Source: an uncultured bacterium
GTDB lineage: Bacteria > Zixibacteria > MSB-5A5 > CAIYYT01
NCBI GenBank assembly: GCA_963726455.1
Contig: CAVSCK010000004.1
Span: forward strand, 1,408,001-1,472,000
DNA length: 64,000 bases
Reading direction: 5' to 3'
The notes beneath the pieces were generated by a model, which saw only the letters and a program-made list of their open reading frames with translations, made no database searches and was not told the origin of the DNA. Below are positions 47,538-57,084 of the stretch, one piece after another. Position 1 is the first letter of the stretch. Each line of letters begins with the position of its first letter. Position numbers and translations under genes: made by a program.

Positions 47538-48536
47538 CTAACACCTGACCAGTGCGGCGCCCCAGACCAACCCGCCTCCAAAAGAAACCAACAGCGCCAG
47601 ATCACCCGGCTTCAATCTTCCCTGCTGCTTGGCTTCCACCATTGCTATCCCGATCGAGGCGGCGGAGGTATTGCCATATTTCTGAATATTGATAAACAGT
47701 TTTTCTTCCGGAATTTGGAGCCGCTTGGCCAGTGAATGAATAATGCGGATGTTTGCCTGGTGGGGAATGAAAAGTGACACGTCCTCGGGCTTGTAACCGG
47801 CTTCGGCAATCACTTTTTCCGCCGCATCCTGCATCAGACGTACCGCATGCTTGAATATCTCGGAGCCATTCATGTAAAGATACTTGCCTTCATCAAGAAT
47901 GTTCTCCGCCGTCAGCGGGTTACGTGAACCACCGCTCTTGACGAATAGCAGATCAGTGTGGTTGCCGTTGGCGGCGATATGGGTGGCTAGTATACCCACG
48001 CCCGGTTCATCAACGCGCTTGACAATTGCCGCTCCGGCGCCGTCGCCAAACAAAACGCAGGTGCCGCGATCCTTATAATTGGTGATCGACGTCAAAGTCT
48101 CGCAGCCGACCACTAAAACCGTGCGCGCCATTCCTGCCAAGACATAAGCGCGCGCCGTCGTAAGCGCATAGATGTAGCCGACGCAAGCGGCATTGACATC
48201 CATCGCCGCTGCATTTGATGCGCCCAGTGCTTTCTGAACCAGGGTCGCCGTTGAAGGCGTCTTCATATCCGGAGTTACCGTCCCGACGATAATCAAATCG
48301 AGTTCTTCCGCAGTCATGCCGGCGTCTGCCAGCGCGCGTTTGGCGGCCTTGATGGACATGTCCGAAGTCGCCTCGCCGGACTTGCCAACCACGTGGCGCG
48401 TCTTGATACCGGTGCGGGTGGTGATCCACTCGTCGGAGGTGTCGACTATTTTTTCAAAATCGGCGTTGGTCAGAATCGTTTCCGGAACGTAACACCCGAT
48501 CCCCGCCATTTTGGCCGAAATATGTCTATTATTCAT
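47538..48536 (-). CDS. fabH: Beta-ketoacyl-ACP synthase III
   Basis: AACVG, LFGDGAGA, PHQANIR, GNTSAAS. Confidence 0.95.
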   Translation of the reverse strand: MNNRHISAKMAGIGCYVPETILTNADFEKIVDTSDEWITTRTGIKTRHVVGKSGEATSDMSIKAAKRALADAGMTAEELDLIIVGTVTPDMKTPSTATLVQKALGASNAAAMDVNAACVGYIYALTTARAYVLAGMARTVLVVGCETLTSITNYKDRGTCVLFGDGAGAAIVKRVDEPGVGILATHIAANGNHTDLLFVKSGGSRNPLTAENILDEGKYLYMNGSEIFKHAVRLMQDAAEKVIAEAGYKPEDVSLFIPHQANIRIIHSLAKRLQIPEEKLFINIQKYGNTSAASIGIAMVEAKQQGRLKPGDLALLVSFGGGLVWGAALVRC

Positions 48537-49564
48537 CTTCCTATGATTTCTTGCTGATTACTCGAAATCCGCTTCTCGATATGCCCGTTGGCATCGGTGC
48601 GAACCATATCGACGGCTATCCTGATTGCGTTAGCTATCGCCTTGGACGATGACTTGCCGTGACTGATAACGCAATTTCCGTTGATGCCCAACAATGGTGC
48701 TCCGCCATACTCGGAATAATCGAATACCTTCCGCATCCTCCGCAGGAACGGCCCCATCAAGATTGCTCCCGCTTTCGAGAACGGATTCGAACTAATCTGT
48801 TTCTGCACCCGAGACTCAAGGAACCCTTTGAGCGACTCGGCAAACTTAAGCACGATATTCCCGATAAATCCGTCGCAGACGACCACGTCGCAACTGCCTT
48901 CGAGAATGTCGCGCCCCTCTACATTACCCACGAACTTCAACTCGCTGACCCGCGTCAACAGATCATGACTGGACGCTGTCAATTCGTTCCCCTTCACTGA
49001 CTCTTCTCCGATCGACAGCAGTCCGACTCGCGGCGATTGAATCTTGAGAATGTCTTCGGCATAGGTCACGCCCATCTGGGCAAACTGCAGAATGTTCTCC
49101 GGCTTCACATCGACATTGGCGCCGACGTCCAACAACAACGTCGTCCGTTCCAACCGGTTTGGCAGCCCGGCAGCTATCGCCGGACGTGACACCCCGCGCA
49201 AGCGACCCAGGGTTAACACGGCGTTGGCCATTACCGCGCCGGTATTACCGGCGGACACGACGGCATCAACCAATCCTTCTTTGTGCATTCTGACGGCAAC
49301 GGCCATCGAGGAATCCTTCTTGCGGAGTCCTTCGGTGGCGGCAACGTGCATATCGACGACTTCAGAGGCGTTTTCCACTCGCAACGGTAAATTGCCGTTC
49401 ACGCCCATCTGTGCCAGGTGCTCCCGAATGAGAGTCTCGTCACCAACCAGAACGATAGCCGTCCCCTTTTGCAGCGGATCGCGCAAAAACTCCACTGCCC
49501 CGCTAATCAGCGGCAGGGGGCCGTGATCGGCGCCCATACAGTCGACGGCGATTGTTTGTCCCAA
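48533..49564 (-). CDS. plsX: Phosphate acyltransferase PlsX
   Basis: IAVDCMGAD, SAGNTGA, DVGAN, GGAPLLG; TTG start at 49564 assumed. Confidence 0.93.
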   Translation of the reverse strand: MGQTIAVDCMGADHGPLPLISGAVEFLRDPLQKGTAIVLVGDETLIREHLAQMGVNGNLPLRVENASEVVDMHVAATEGLRKKDSSMAVAVRMHKEGLVDAVVSAGNTGAVMANAVLTLGRLRGVSRPAIAAGLPNRLERTTLLLDVGANVDVKPENILQFAQMGVTYAEDILKIQSPRVGLLSIGEESVKGNELTASSHDLLTRVSELKFVGNVEGRDILEGSCDVVVCDGFIGNIVLKFAESLKGFLESRVQKQISSNPFSKAGAILMGPFLRRMRKVFDYSEYGGAPLLGINGNCVISHGKSSSKAIANAIRIAVDMVRTDANGHIEKRISSNQQEIIGR

Positions 49565-49571
49565 TTGAGTG

Positions 49572-49754
49572 TTACTTTTCCTTTCCGGCAGTGATCTGTT
49601 GACCACGATAATAGCCGCACTCCGGACAAATATGGTGGAACAGCTTCATCTCACTGCAGTGTGAACACTTCACCAAAGCCGGAATTGTGGCTACATAGTG
49701 CGTCCGCCGTTTGCGGCCGCGTTGCTTCGAATGTCTTCGTTTTGGAAGTGGCAT
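49572..49754 (-). CDS. rpmF: 50S ribosomal protein L32
   Basis: PKRRHSKQR, CSHC/CPECGYY zinc ribbon. Confidence 0.95.
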   Translation of the reverse strand: MPLPKRRHSKQRGRKRRTHYVATIPALVKCSHCSEMKLFHHICPECGYYRGQQITAGKEK

Positions 49755-49783
49755 AACGCTCCAATAAATATATTGTTCTATTC

Positions 49784-50302
49784 TCAGTTCTTATACAGTT
49801 TTCGTATCGCTTCCCAGCGGGGATCTTCGGTGTCTGCCTTGCAGTTGCAGGGAGACTCGTTCAAATTTGCGCCACACTGGGGGCAAAGGCCGCGACATTC
49901 CGGCTTGCACAACGGTTTCATCGGCTGTTCCAGTACAATCGCATCGCGAATATGCTGATCCAGACTGAACACCGTCTTTGACTCCGGGTACAGCACAAAC
50001 CGGTCATCGTCCGCATCTTCTTCGAGGGACGCGTCCTGGTCGGACACCAACTGAATAACAATATTCATTGGCACCCGATACGGCACTTCATATTCCTCCA
50101 CACAACGCGCGCACGTGTACCTGACCGTGAAAGTCATCACGCCGTCAAGAAACACCTCATCTTCTATGCGTCGGGTTGTCAGTTTGTAAACAACGTCCGA
50201 ACCGAGAGCCGCTAACTCAAGCTTAAGATCAAGCTCCGACGGAGTCGCCTTAAGCTCCAATTCCGTCGTGGCAGCCGTTATGGCATCCAATTGGATTTCC
50301 AT
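49784..50302 (-). CDS. yceD: DUF177/YceD 23S rRNA accumulation protein
   Basis: CARC, LCKPECRGLCPQCG, DPRW; canonical position before rpmF. Confidence 0.9.
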   Translation of the reverse strand: MEIQLDAITAATTELELKATPSELDLKLELAALGSDVVYKLTTRRIEDEVFLDGVMTFTVRYTCARCVEEYEVPYRVPMNIVIQLVSDQDASLEEDADDDRFVLYPESKTVFSLDQHIRDAIVLEQPMKPLCKPECRGLCPQCGANLNESPCNCKADTEDPRWEAIRKLYKN

Positions 50303-50310
50303 AGCTGGTT

Positions 50311-50339
50311 ATTGTACTTGGATTCCGTTACTTTGTCAA
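50311..50339 (-). promoter_or_regulatory. Sigma70 promoter, near-leaderless yceD-rpmF-plsX-fab operon
   Basis: TTGACA-17-TACAAT ending 8 nt before ATG 50302. Confidence 0.75.
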
Positions 50340-50452
50340 GCGCAAAAGGGTCATGCGCGGTTAACCTCACCTCTCCAGTTATACGCACGCAACGACTTAG
50401 ATCAGAAAGACATCAGCATGAAGACGGTTGGTGGGATCGTGGTTTTTTGGGG

Positions 50453-50483
50453 AAAAACCCCTCGCCGGACACCGGCGAGGGGT
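50453..50483 (-). terminator. Rho-independent terminator after ackA
   Basis: ACCCCTCGCCGG-ACA-CCGGCGAGGGGT with T-tract on minus strand. Confidence 0.85.
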
Positions 50484-50496
50484 CTATCAGAAAGCT

Positions 50497-51711
50497 TCAA
50501 TCATCAGGATGCATATTCTCCAGAATCTCCAAAGTATCTGCCGCAATAACCAGTTCCTCATTCGCCGGAATGGCCAGCACCTTCACCTTGGAACTGTCGG
50601 TGGAGATTATCGCCTCTTTGCCGATGGCGGCCTTGTTCTTGTCCGGGTCAATTTCGATACCAAAGAAATCCAGCCCCTTGGTGATCGCTTCCCGCACCTG
50701 CCACGAATTTTCACCGATTCCCGCCGAGAAAACAACCGCATCCAATCCGCCCATGGCGGCGGCATATCCGCCGATGTATTTCTTGACGCGATAAGTATAC
50801 ATGTCAAACGCCAACCGCGCCGACTTCACACCGTTGGCCATCTCCTCGAGAATTTCGCGCATATCGGATGAAATGCCGCTGACGCCGGCGAGTCCGGAAT
50901 GCTTGTTCAGCATTGTGTTCGCCTCGTGCAATGACAATTCCTCGCGGCCCATCATGTGCAAAATAATCGCCGGATCAATGTCACCGCAACGGGTGCCCAT
51001 CATCAATCCTTCCAGAGGCGTAAAGCCCATCGACGTATCCACCGACGTGCCGTGGTCAATCGCCGTAATCGACGCGCCGTTACCGAGGTGCGCCGTAATC
51101 ATTTTCAATTTCGCCCGCGTTGTACCCAGCAACTCGGCGGCGCGCTTCGACACGAAATGATGGTTCATGCCGTGGAAGCCGTAACGTCTGATCCGGTACT
51201 TCTTATATAATAGGTAAGGCAGCGGATAAATATAGGCGTAGTCCGGCATCTGATAATGAAACGCGGTGTCAAATACCGCGACGTTCGGCACCCCCGGCAG
51301 GCCGGTCATGGCCGCGTTGATTCCCCGGATGTTATGCGGATTGTGTAACGGCGCCAGCTCGATCAGCTTTCGCAACTCCAGCATCACTTCCGGTGTCACC
51401 AAGCACGATGCAGTAAAGCGCTCGCCGCCATGAACCACTCGATGGCCGACCGCCGCGATTTCACTTCTGTCCTTGATTACGCCGTGATTCGGAGACAGCA
51501 ATATCGCCACCACATGTTCGATCGCGATGGTATGGTCAAGGATTTCCGCCGACATCGTCACTTCCGGACGGTCGAACGGCTTATGCGCAATCACTGCCCC
51601 GGACATGCCGATGCGTGACACCATTCCCTTCGCCAGACAAACATGGGTTTCCATTTCGAACAATTGGTACTTGACCGACGAGGAACCACAGTTCAACACG
51701 AGTATCTTCAT
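50497..51711 (-). CDS. ackA: Acetate kinase
   Basis: LNCGSSSVK, GHRVVHGG, LAPLHNP, DTSMGFTPLEG, GIGEN. Confidence 0.93.
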   Translation of the reverse strand: MKILVLNCGSSSVKYQLFEMETHVCLAKGMVSRIGMSGAVIAHKPFDRPEVTMSAEILDHTIAIEHVVAILLSPNHGVIKDRSEIAAVGHRVVHGGERFTASCLVTPEVMLELRKLIELAPLHNPHNIRGINAAMTGLPGVPNVAVFDTAFHYQMPDYAYIYPLPYLLYKKYRIRRYGFHGMNHHFVSKRAAELLGTTRAKLKMITAHLGNGASITAIDHGTSVDTSMGFTPLEGLMMGTRCGDIDPAIILHMMGREELSLHEANTMLNKHSGLAGVSGISSDMREILEEMANGVKSARLAFDMYTYRVKKYIGGYAAAMGGLDAVVFSAGIGENSWQVREAITKGLDFFGIEIDPDKNKAAIGKEAIISTDSSKVKVLAIPANEELVIAADTLEILENMHPDD

Positions 51712-51723
51712 TGTCAGTTCCTC

Positions 51724-52605
51724 CTAAATCCGGTTGCCTTCGGAGTCATACTTGAAAAATCCCTTGCCGGTCTTGACGCCGAGCTGTCCCGCGCGCACCA
51801 TCTTGCGCAACAGCGGACAGGGATTGTATTTGACCTCCCCCAATTCATCGAACAGATTTTCCATCCAGCTCATTACTTCATCCAGTCCCATCATATCCGC
51901 CAACGCCAGCGGCCCCATATTAAAACCAAATCCCAGCTTCATCGCCGTGTCAATGTCGTCCGGAGTGGCCGTGCCTTCCATCAACACATGCATGGCCTCG
52001 TTCAGGAACGGCACCATGATACGCGTCGTCACGAAACCCGGGTACTCATTAACTTGTACCGGCGTCTTGTTCAACTTGGTCGCAAATTCATAGATCAATT
52101 TATAGGTCTCATCCGACGTCTGCAACCCGCGCACGATTTCAACCAGCGGCACCTTGTGCACCGGATTGAGAAAGTGCATGCCGATCACTTTCTCCGGTCT
52201 CTTGGTGGGTGCTGCCAGCTCGGAGATCGACAGGGTCGACGTATTAGTCACGAAGACGGTCCCCGGCGGGCACACCTGGTCAAGCTTCTTGAACAATTCC
52301 CGCTTGGCCTCACGGCTTTCCGGAATCGCTTCGATAACCATTTTGGCGCGCTTGACACATTCGCAACTGTTGGGGTCGGTCTTGATGCGCGCAAGGATCG
52401 CTTTCTTTTCCGACGCCGTGATGCCCCACTTTTCGATTTCGCGATCCAACGCATCCGACAGGAAGTGAAGCGACTTTTCCAGGATTTCAGCATTGAGATC
52501 ACAGAGAATGACTTCGGTACCGGTCTCGGCGATGGTACGGGAAATTCCCTGCCCCATCGTACCGGCGCCGATGACGACTATTTTATCTAGTTTGTCTGGC
52601 GACAT
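51724..52605 (-). CDS. hbd: 3-hydroxybutyryl-CoA dehydrogenase
   Basis: GAGTMGQG, EAIPE, NTSTLS, GMHFLNP, MGPLALAD; start MSPDK with AGAGG RBS. Confidence 0.9.
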   Translation of the reverse strand: MSPDKLDKIVVIGAGTMGQGISRTIAETGTEVILCDLNAEILEKSLHFLSDALDREIEKWGITASEKKAILARIKTDPNSCECVKRAKMVIEAIPESREAKRELFKKLDQVCPPGTVFVTNTSTLSISELAAPTKRPEKVIGMHFLNPVHKVPLVEIVRGLQTSDETYKLIYEFATKLNKTPVQVNEYPGFVTTRIMVPFLNEAMHVLMEGTATPDDIDTAMKLGFGFNMGPLALADMMGLDEVMSWMENLFDELGEVKYNPCPLLRKMVRAGQLGVKTGKGFFKYDSEGNRI

Positions 52606-52781
52606 GTTAAACCTCTCTAATGAAAAAGCAGGCGCACCCATCCTCGGGTACTCCTCTATCATCTGTCGTCAATATACCCCTTTGTATCGACCGTGCAAAT
52701 CTATTTGTGAAATTTTTCTCTAACTATGTGGCTTCAAGTATAACAGCCGTAGGTGCCAAGGCGCTGTAATTCAAAGAGATA

Positions 52782-52811
52782 GGCGACCGGCATCAGACCC
52801 GCGCAGTCGCC
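52782..52811 (-). terminator. Possible hairpin terminator ending the accessory operon
   Basis: GGCGAC...GTCGCC inverted repeat just after the 52838 stop; long loop and weak T-tract. Confidence 0.35.
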
Positions 52812-52837
52812 ATCTATCAGTGATTAATGATTTCCTG

Positions 52838-54517
52838 TCATTTCGTGTAATCGCTGCAAGTGCAATCCGGAGGTGGGATGCCATCTGGATTACCTGGCTC
52901 CGGCCCGCCGGCAAATGCGTAATTGATAATGAAGACAGGATCCGAAATGTCGACGGACCTCGAGCAGTCTGCATCCCCAGCGCCGGGCATGGGAGTTGCA
53001 CCACCGGCAAAGATGTACTGAATCAGATATACCGCATCCGATATATCTATATACCCGTCACCGTTAGCATCGCCGATAATCCAATTACAGGACCCTTCGC
53101 ATAAAGTGAAGCCCGTGCTTTTCATAACAGTGTTGGTGGGCTGGCCCGAGGCATTTGTGTATAGACATTCTGCAATAATCTCCACCCGGTAGGAATCCCA
53201 CGGCATTAACACTCCGGAATCGTTCTTGCCATCCCAGATTTTGAGATGTACACCGGAGCTATAACTGGCACTGTCCAAATGCCTGATGATTGTGCCACCC
53301 GCGTTCTTGATCGCAATGGTGACTTGACTGTACTCGGCCAGCAGAAATGTTATCTTGCTGTAGCAAACGCTGCCGCTGTCCTGCGTGTTAACAAATATAT
53401 TCGTCACGTCAGTACCGATCACGTAATGCTGCAAACCCGATTGGGTCGTCCAGTTTTCACAAATGACCATGTCACCACCGCCGAGATGACCTCCCGTGTT
53501 AGCGATGCTCACGGGATTATCAAATTGATTTGGCCCAGTGCCGGACCTACCAAACACACCGAGCGGCTGGAGATCAGAGGTAAATTTGCAGATAACATTT
53601 TCACTTGATGTGGCCCATATATGGCCGCAAGCGTCCACCTCAAGATCCGTGAAAGCGGCACACTTCGGGTTACTATATTCCATATCCCAGGCGATGCTAG
53701 AAGGCGGCGTGAATTGCAGTCTTACGATCCGCTGATTGCCAGCATCGAGAACATAGACAAAGTTGTTGTTTGCGAACCAAGTACCGTATGCATTTTGGCG
53801 AGTCTTGCCGCAGACAATCGCCCTAATATCACTGAATTGCCCGGTTCCGCTCCCGGTTGAGCCGTAATTGACTACTTGCGCGCCATTCCAGTCCCAAAAC
53901 GCATATATCTTGTCGCTCTTGCATGCCACCCACGTGTAGTAGCCGTATATGTTGGTGAACGAGCCGTTGTTGCTCACGTCCAAGTCCGTGGGCCTCCACA
54001 TGTCCGAGGTATAGTACTCCATATGGATCAGGCCTGAATCGGGAGTGGTCCATCTATACCGAAGTTTCTCGACTCTGTGGTTTCCGCGATCGGCGACGTA
54101 AACATGGTAATATGGCAAATACCAACTCGCGTCGCTCGTTTGAGAAACGACCTTCATGGCCATCGGTTCGTACAGACCTCCGACGGCGTCCCCAAACTCT
54201 CCGTACTCCCGAATTCGTGCCTGTTGGCCGATCGTCTGATCGGTGTAAATCAAGCGGTTCCAACAGGCATCCGTTTCAATATCCATCATGTGCGACAGGT
54301 TCCTGTTTGCATCTGCCACGTAAGCCAACCCAGAGGAAGTCGGCTGACAGTAGAGATCCTTATTCCACTGCGAGTTGGCAAAGCCCTTGTTCAAGACCCA
54401 GGTTTCGGGGTTGCTGAAAATCTTGTCACGAATAAGCAACTGGCCAAGAGCGGTGCAGGACGACCCCGCCAAAAGATGCGCCGCCGAGACGCAAACGACT
54501 AGCCATAGTCTGTTCAT
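52838..54517 (-). CDS. Secreted NHL-repeat beta-propeller protein with FlgD-Ig and dockerin domains
   Basis: VYVADRGNHRV, GSGTGQF, YVLDAGNQRI; WDGKNDSG; GDANGDGYIDISDAVYLIQYIF. Confidence 0.85.
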   Translation of the reverse strand: MNRLWLVVCVSAAHLLAGSSCTALGQLLIRDKIFSNPETWVLNKGFANSQWNKDLYCQPTSSGLAYVADANRNLSHMMDIETDACWNRLIYTDQTIGQQARIREYGEFGDAVGGLYEPMAMKVVSQTSDASWYLPYYHVYVADRGNHRVEKLRYRWTTPDSGLIHMEYYTSDMWRPTDLDVSNNGSFTNIYGYYTWVACKSDKIYAFWDWNGAQVVNYGSTGSGTGQFSDIRAIVCGKTRQNAYGTWFANNNFVYVLDAGNQRIVRLQFTPPSSIAWDMEYSNPKCAAFTDLEVDACGHIWATSSENVICKFTSDLQPLGVFGRSGTGPNQFDNPVSIANTGGHLGGGDMVICENWTTQSGLQHYVIGTDVTNIFVNTQDSGSVCYSKITFLLAEYSQVTIAIKNAGGTIIRHLDSASYSSGVHLKIWDGKNDSGVLMPWDSYRVEIIAECLYTNASGQPTNTVMKSTGFTLCEGSCNWIIGDANGDGYIDISDAVYLIQYIFAGGATPMPGAGDADCSRSVDISDPVFIINYAFAGGPEPGNPDGIPPPDCTCSDYTK

Positions 54518-55065
54518 CGCCCGTTCTCCGCGTTCCTCGATGTGCTTCTTCTCAGCGTCGCGAGTTCGGTATCAAGCAGAGACAGTAACCCGTTGAATTC
54601 AGCGATGCGATAACCCCGCCCATTAGCGATTAGCAGGATATGTCCCGTCGATTGTCTTGCGCCGTTTGCGAACAAGAGAAATGTGCAGGTTACTAGGCAT
54701 GTGTCGGCGTTAAACTCAAATACCGGTTCACTGATTTGAAAGTCCCAAAACGGACCGAGCTGGTCTGGAAGCGGATTATTAGCCACTATGTCACGTGATC
54801 CGATCGTTGAAACGACACCAGCCACGTGCGCATTAAATTCCACGGCGGTAGTTTGCATCCCATCAGCCACAAACGCTGAATCCACCGGAAGACTTATCCT
54901 TCCCACCTTGAGTTGTTGCATACTCTGCTCGAATTCGCTCAGCATTAGACTGGCGGATTGTTCACTGGTAACATTAAAGACACACTGGGCCACTGAGACA
55001 TTTCCCCCGCAGAATGTGACCATTGCGACGGATACATAGACTAAGAGTAACTGCTTCATCGTCAT
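54514..55065 (-). CDS. Hypothetical secreted protein
   Basis: Signal peptide; ATGA overlaps with both neighbours. Confidence 0.7.
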   Translation of the reverse strand: MTMKQLLLVYVSVAMVTFCGGNVSVAQCVFNVTSEQSASLMLSEFEQSMQQLKVGRISLPVDSAFVADGMQTTAVEFNAHVAGVVSTIGSRDIVANNPLPDQLGPFWDFQISEPVFEFNADTCLVTCTFLLFANGARQSTGHILLIANGRGYRIAEFNGLLSLLDTELATLRRSTSRNAENGR

Positions 55066-55958
55066 TTCTCCTTGTTCATCCCCGTGCTCTGCCTGATTCT
55101 AGACAATAGCGAATGCGCCATGTCGCCCGCTTTTGTCCCCTCCTTAGTAGAGTCAATTTGCTCAAGAAACGCCCTGCAGGAATCCGCCCCCAACAAGTCC
55201 CAAATGCTGACAACAGCGCCCTTTGCCTCCTCGGAATTTGGATAGCGTCTTATCAGTTCTTTCTTGTATTCAATCGCCTTATCCATTTGACGTACGAGTC
55301 CGTTGCCGAATGATCTGCTGAGATACATCAGTATGTTAGGGCCATATACTGATCCCGGATACGCTTCAAGCAGTCCCTCGAGCCGGGGAGCCGCCTGACT
55401 CATATGCTGTATGTCGTATTGACTGCAAATGTCCCTTAACTCATCGAAGGCCTGCTTTTCCGAAGCCGTCGGGTCGATGACAGTAAACTTGAGCTCGTCA
55501 GACTTCGTATCCCTCGGATAATAAACAACTAGAGAGTATGTACCTGCCTGAAGGCCCCTAAATGCTGTTCGCATCGCCAGCCTGGACCCGAATGTGGAAT
55601 TGATGAGCCCCGTGGCCATCATGCTATCATGCGGCAGCAAAGGCCGCGTGGGCAATGGATCAGGAACGGTAGTGGTCACACTCACTTTTTCCTCAAGCTT
55701 CTCCCCTGTCGGGCCAAAGCAGGCGCAGTGCAAGAAAGTGTGCCACAGGCCGTCCTGAACGATTGCCAAAGACCTGTCTGTTCTGTTGACTACACAAAAT
55801 CGAAATGGAATTGTCTCGCCAACTAGGAAGGCCGGCTTGTCCATTTCCAAGTGCACTCTCAAAGTATCGGATTCGGACAGTGCGATGCCTGCAACCACTG
55901 TGTTATGCAAAATCGCGACCAGCAACGATACCCCCAATACTATGGTCCGTGCTCTCAT
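55062..55958 (-). CDS. Secreted Ig-like + TPR-like protein
   Basis: Signal peptide; DKPAFLVGETI..N Ig start; LLEAYPGSVY / LIRRYPNS helical repeats; homologous to both halves of 57085-58875. Confidence 0.75.
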   Translation of the reverse strand: MRARTIVLGVSLLVAILHNTVVAGIALSESDTLRVHLEMDKPAFLVGETIPFRFCVVNRTDRSLAIVQDGLWHTFLHCACFGPTGEKLEEKVSVTTTVPDPLPTRPLLPHDSMMATGLINSTFGSRLAMRTAFRGLQAGTYSLVVYYPRDTKSDELKFTVIDPTASEKQAFDELRDICSQYDIQHMSQAAPRLEGLLEAYPGSVYGPNILMYLSRSFGNGLVRQMDKAIEYKKELIRRYPNSEEAKGAVVSIWDLLGADSCRAFLEQIDSTKEGTKAGDMAHSLLSRIRQSTGMNKEK

Positions 55959-55973
55959 ATTAATTCCCTCACC

Positions 55974-56750
55974 TTAGGGTTGAGCTATCTTCTTTACACG
56001 TTCCTTTAGAGAGTCCGTGCAAGCGACGCAAAAGAGATTGGAGTATTCATAATCCTGATGCCAACAACTAAGTGATAATCTGTTAAAACTCTGCTTTAGG
56101 TCCATCATCACGCACTTTTCTACATGTCCAGGCACAGTACAGCCCCTGAGGGCGTTATCGGTGGCGTTATGCCCGAGTTCGTGAACTGTGGTACCAGATA
56201 CAGCTTGGGCAATGTACGAGAATGAAAGATTGGCAAAAAGCGAGTCGATGAGGTAAACGCAAACAAATGAGGTTACTTCACCCGGAAGATCGGAGTCTAT
56301 ATGAGTAATCCCAAGTTCCCAATCGTAATCTACTGCGGGCGTGTCTGGTGAGCAGAATGACCTTATTGCCATCAAGTGCCGAGGATCGATCGCCTTTCCG
56401 TCAGAGCGAAAAGTATTGTCTTCAATATATGCAAGAAGCTCCTCATAATAGTCATATGTGCGATAGCGAATTCTCTGAACGGGAGGATTATGCACTGTAT
56501 CGACATAGACGGCCAATTGTATTCCTGGTTGACTAAACGAAGAGCGGACATGATCAAGTCCGAGCGGAATTGCATCAAGATTACCTTGACGGACATAATC
56601 GAACTTCAAAGAAGGGCTGTTGTTGGCAGGCGTACTAGGGGGAATCCACGGTGTCCAACAACTCGGCGCAGTCAACAGAAAGTAAGCTGCGGCCAAGAGC
56701 ATCGCCACATGTACAGAATTGACTGCAACCTGCCTGCGCCTAATTGTCAT
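55974..56750 (-). CDS. Exported zinc metallopeptidase-like protein
   Basis: TVHELGHN, downstream H, CVM Met-turn, FCVAC; RBS GAGAGG before ATG 56750. Confidence 0.7.
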   Translation of the reverse strand: MTIRRRQVAVNSVHVAMLLAAAYFLLTAPSCWTPWIPPSTPANNSPSLKFDYVRQGNLDAIPLGLDHVRSSFSQPGIQLAVYVDTVHNPPVQRIRYRTYDYYEELLAYIEDNTFRSDGKAIDPRHLMAIRSFCSPDTPAVDYDWELGITHIDSDLPGEVTSFVCVYLIDSLFANLSFSYIAQAVSGTTVHELGHNATDNALRGCTVPGHVEKCVMMDLKQSFNRLSLSCWHQDYEYSNLFCVACTDSLKERVKKIAQP

Positions 56751-56981
56751 ACCTCTCTTTTCCCCCGCGAACTGATTCAGAACTAGCCAACGACTGAACA
56801 ACTCCATCCATCCTGACATATATAAACACCCATTTGCGAGCCCGGCAAGGTGCACAAAGACCTCTGGGACATGCCGCTTGTACAATCAGCCGTAAGGAAT
56901 ATACAACCCCTCACTGTCAGATCCTGTCAGTGACTGTTCACCTTTTTTGAATTATTTTGCAGAAAGAATTCAGCGCCTGCC

Positions 56982-57055
56982 TTACGATGCCTTTTCCTCT
57001 TTCGCCTTCCCATCCTTCGTCGCATCATACGGATCAACATGGATCACCACACGCG
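56982..57055 (-). pseudogene. Displaced 3' fragment of CDF transporter gene
   Basis: Reads VVIHVDPYDATKDGKAKEEKAS-stop; 57005-57051 equals 59047-59093 with 1 mismatch. Confidence 0.8.
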
Positions 57056-57084
57056 GCGAAAAGCTAGCAGGTTCTCGTATCCAC

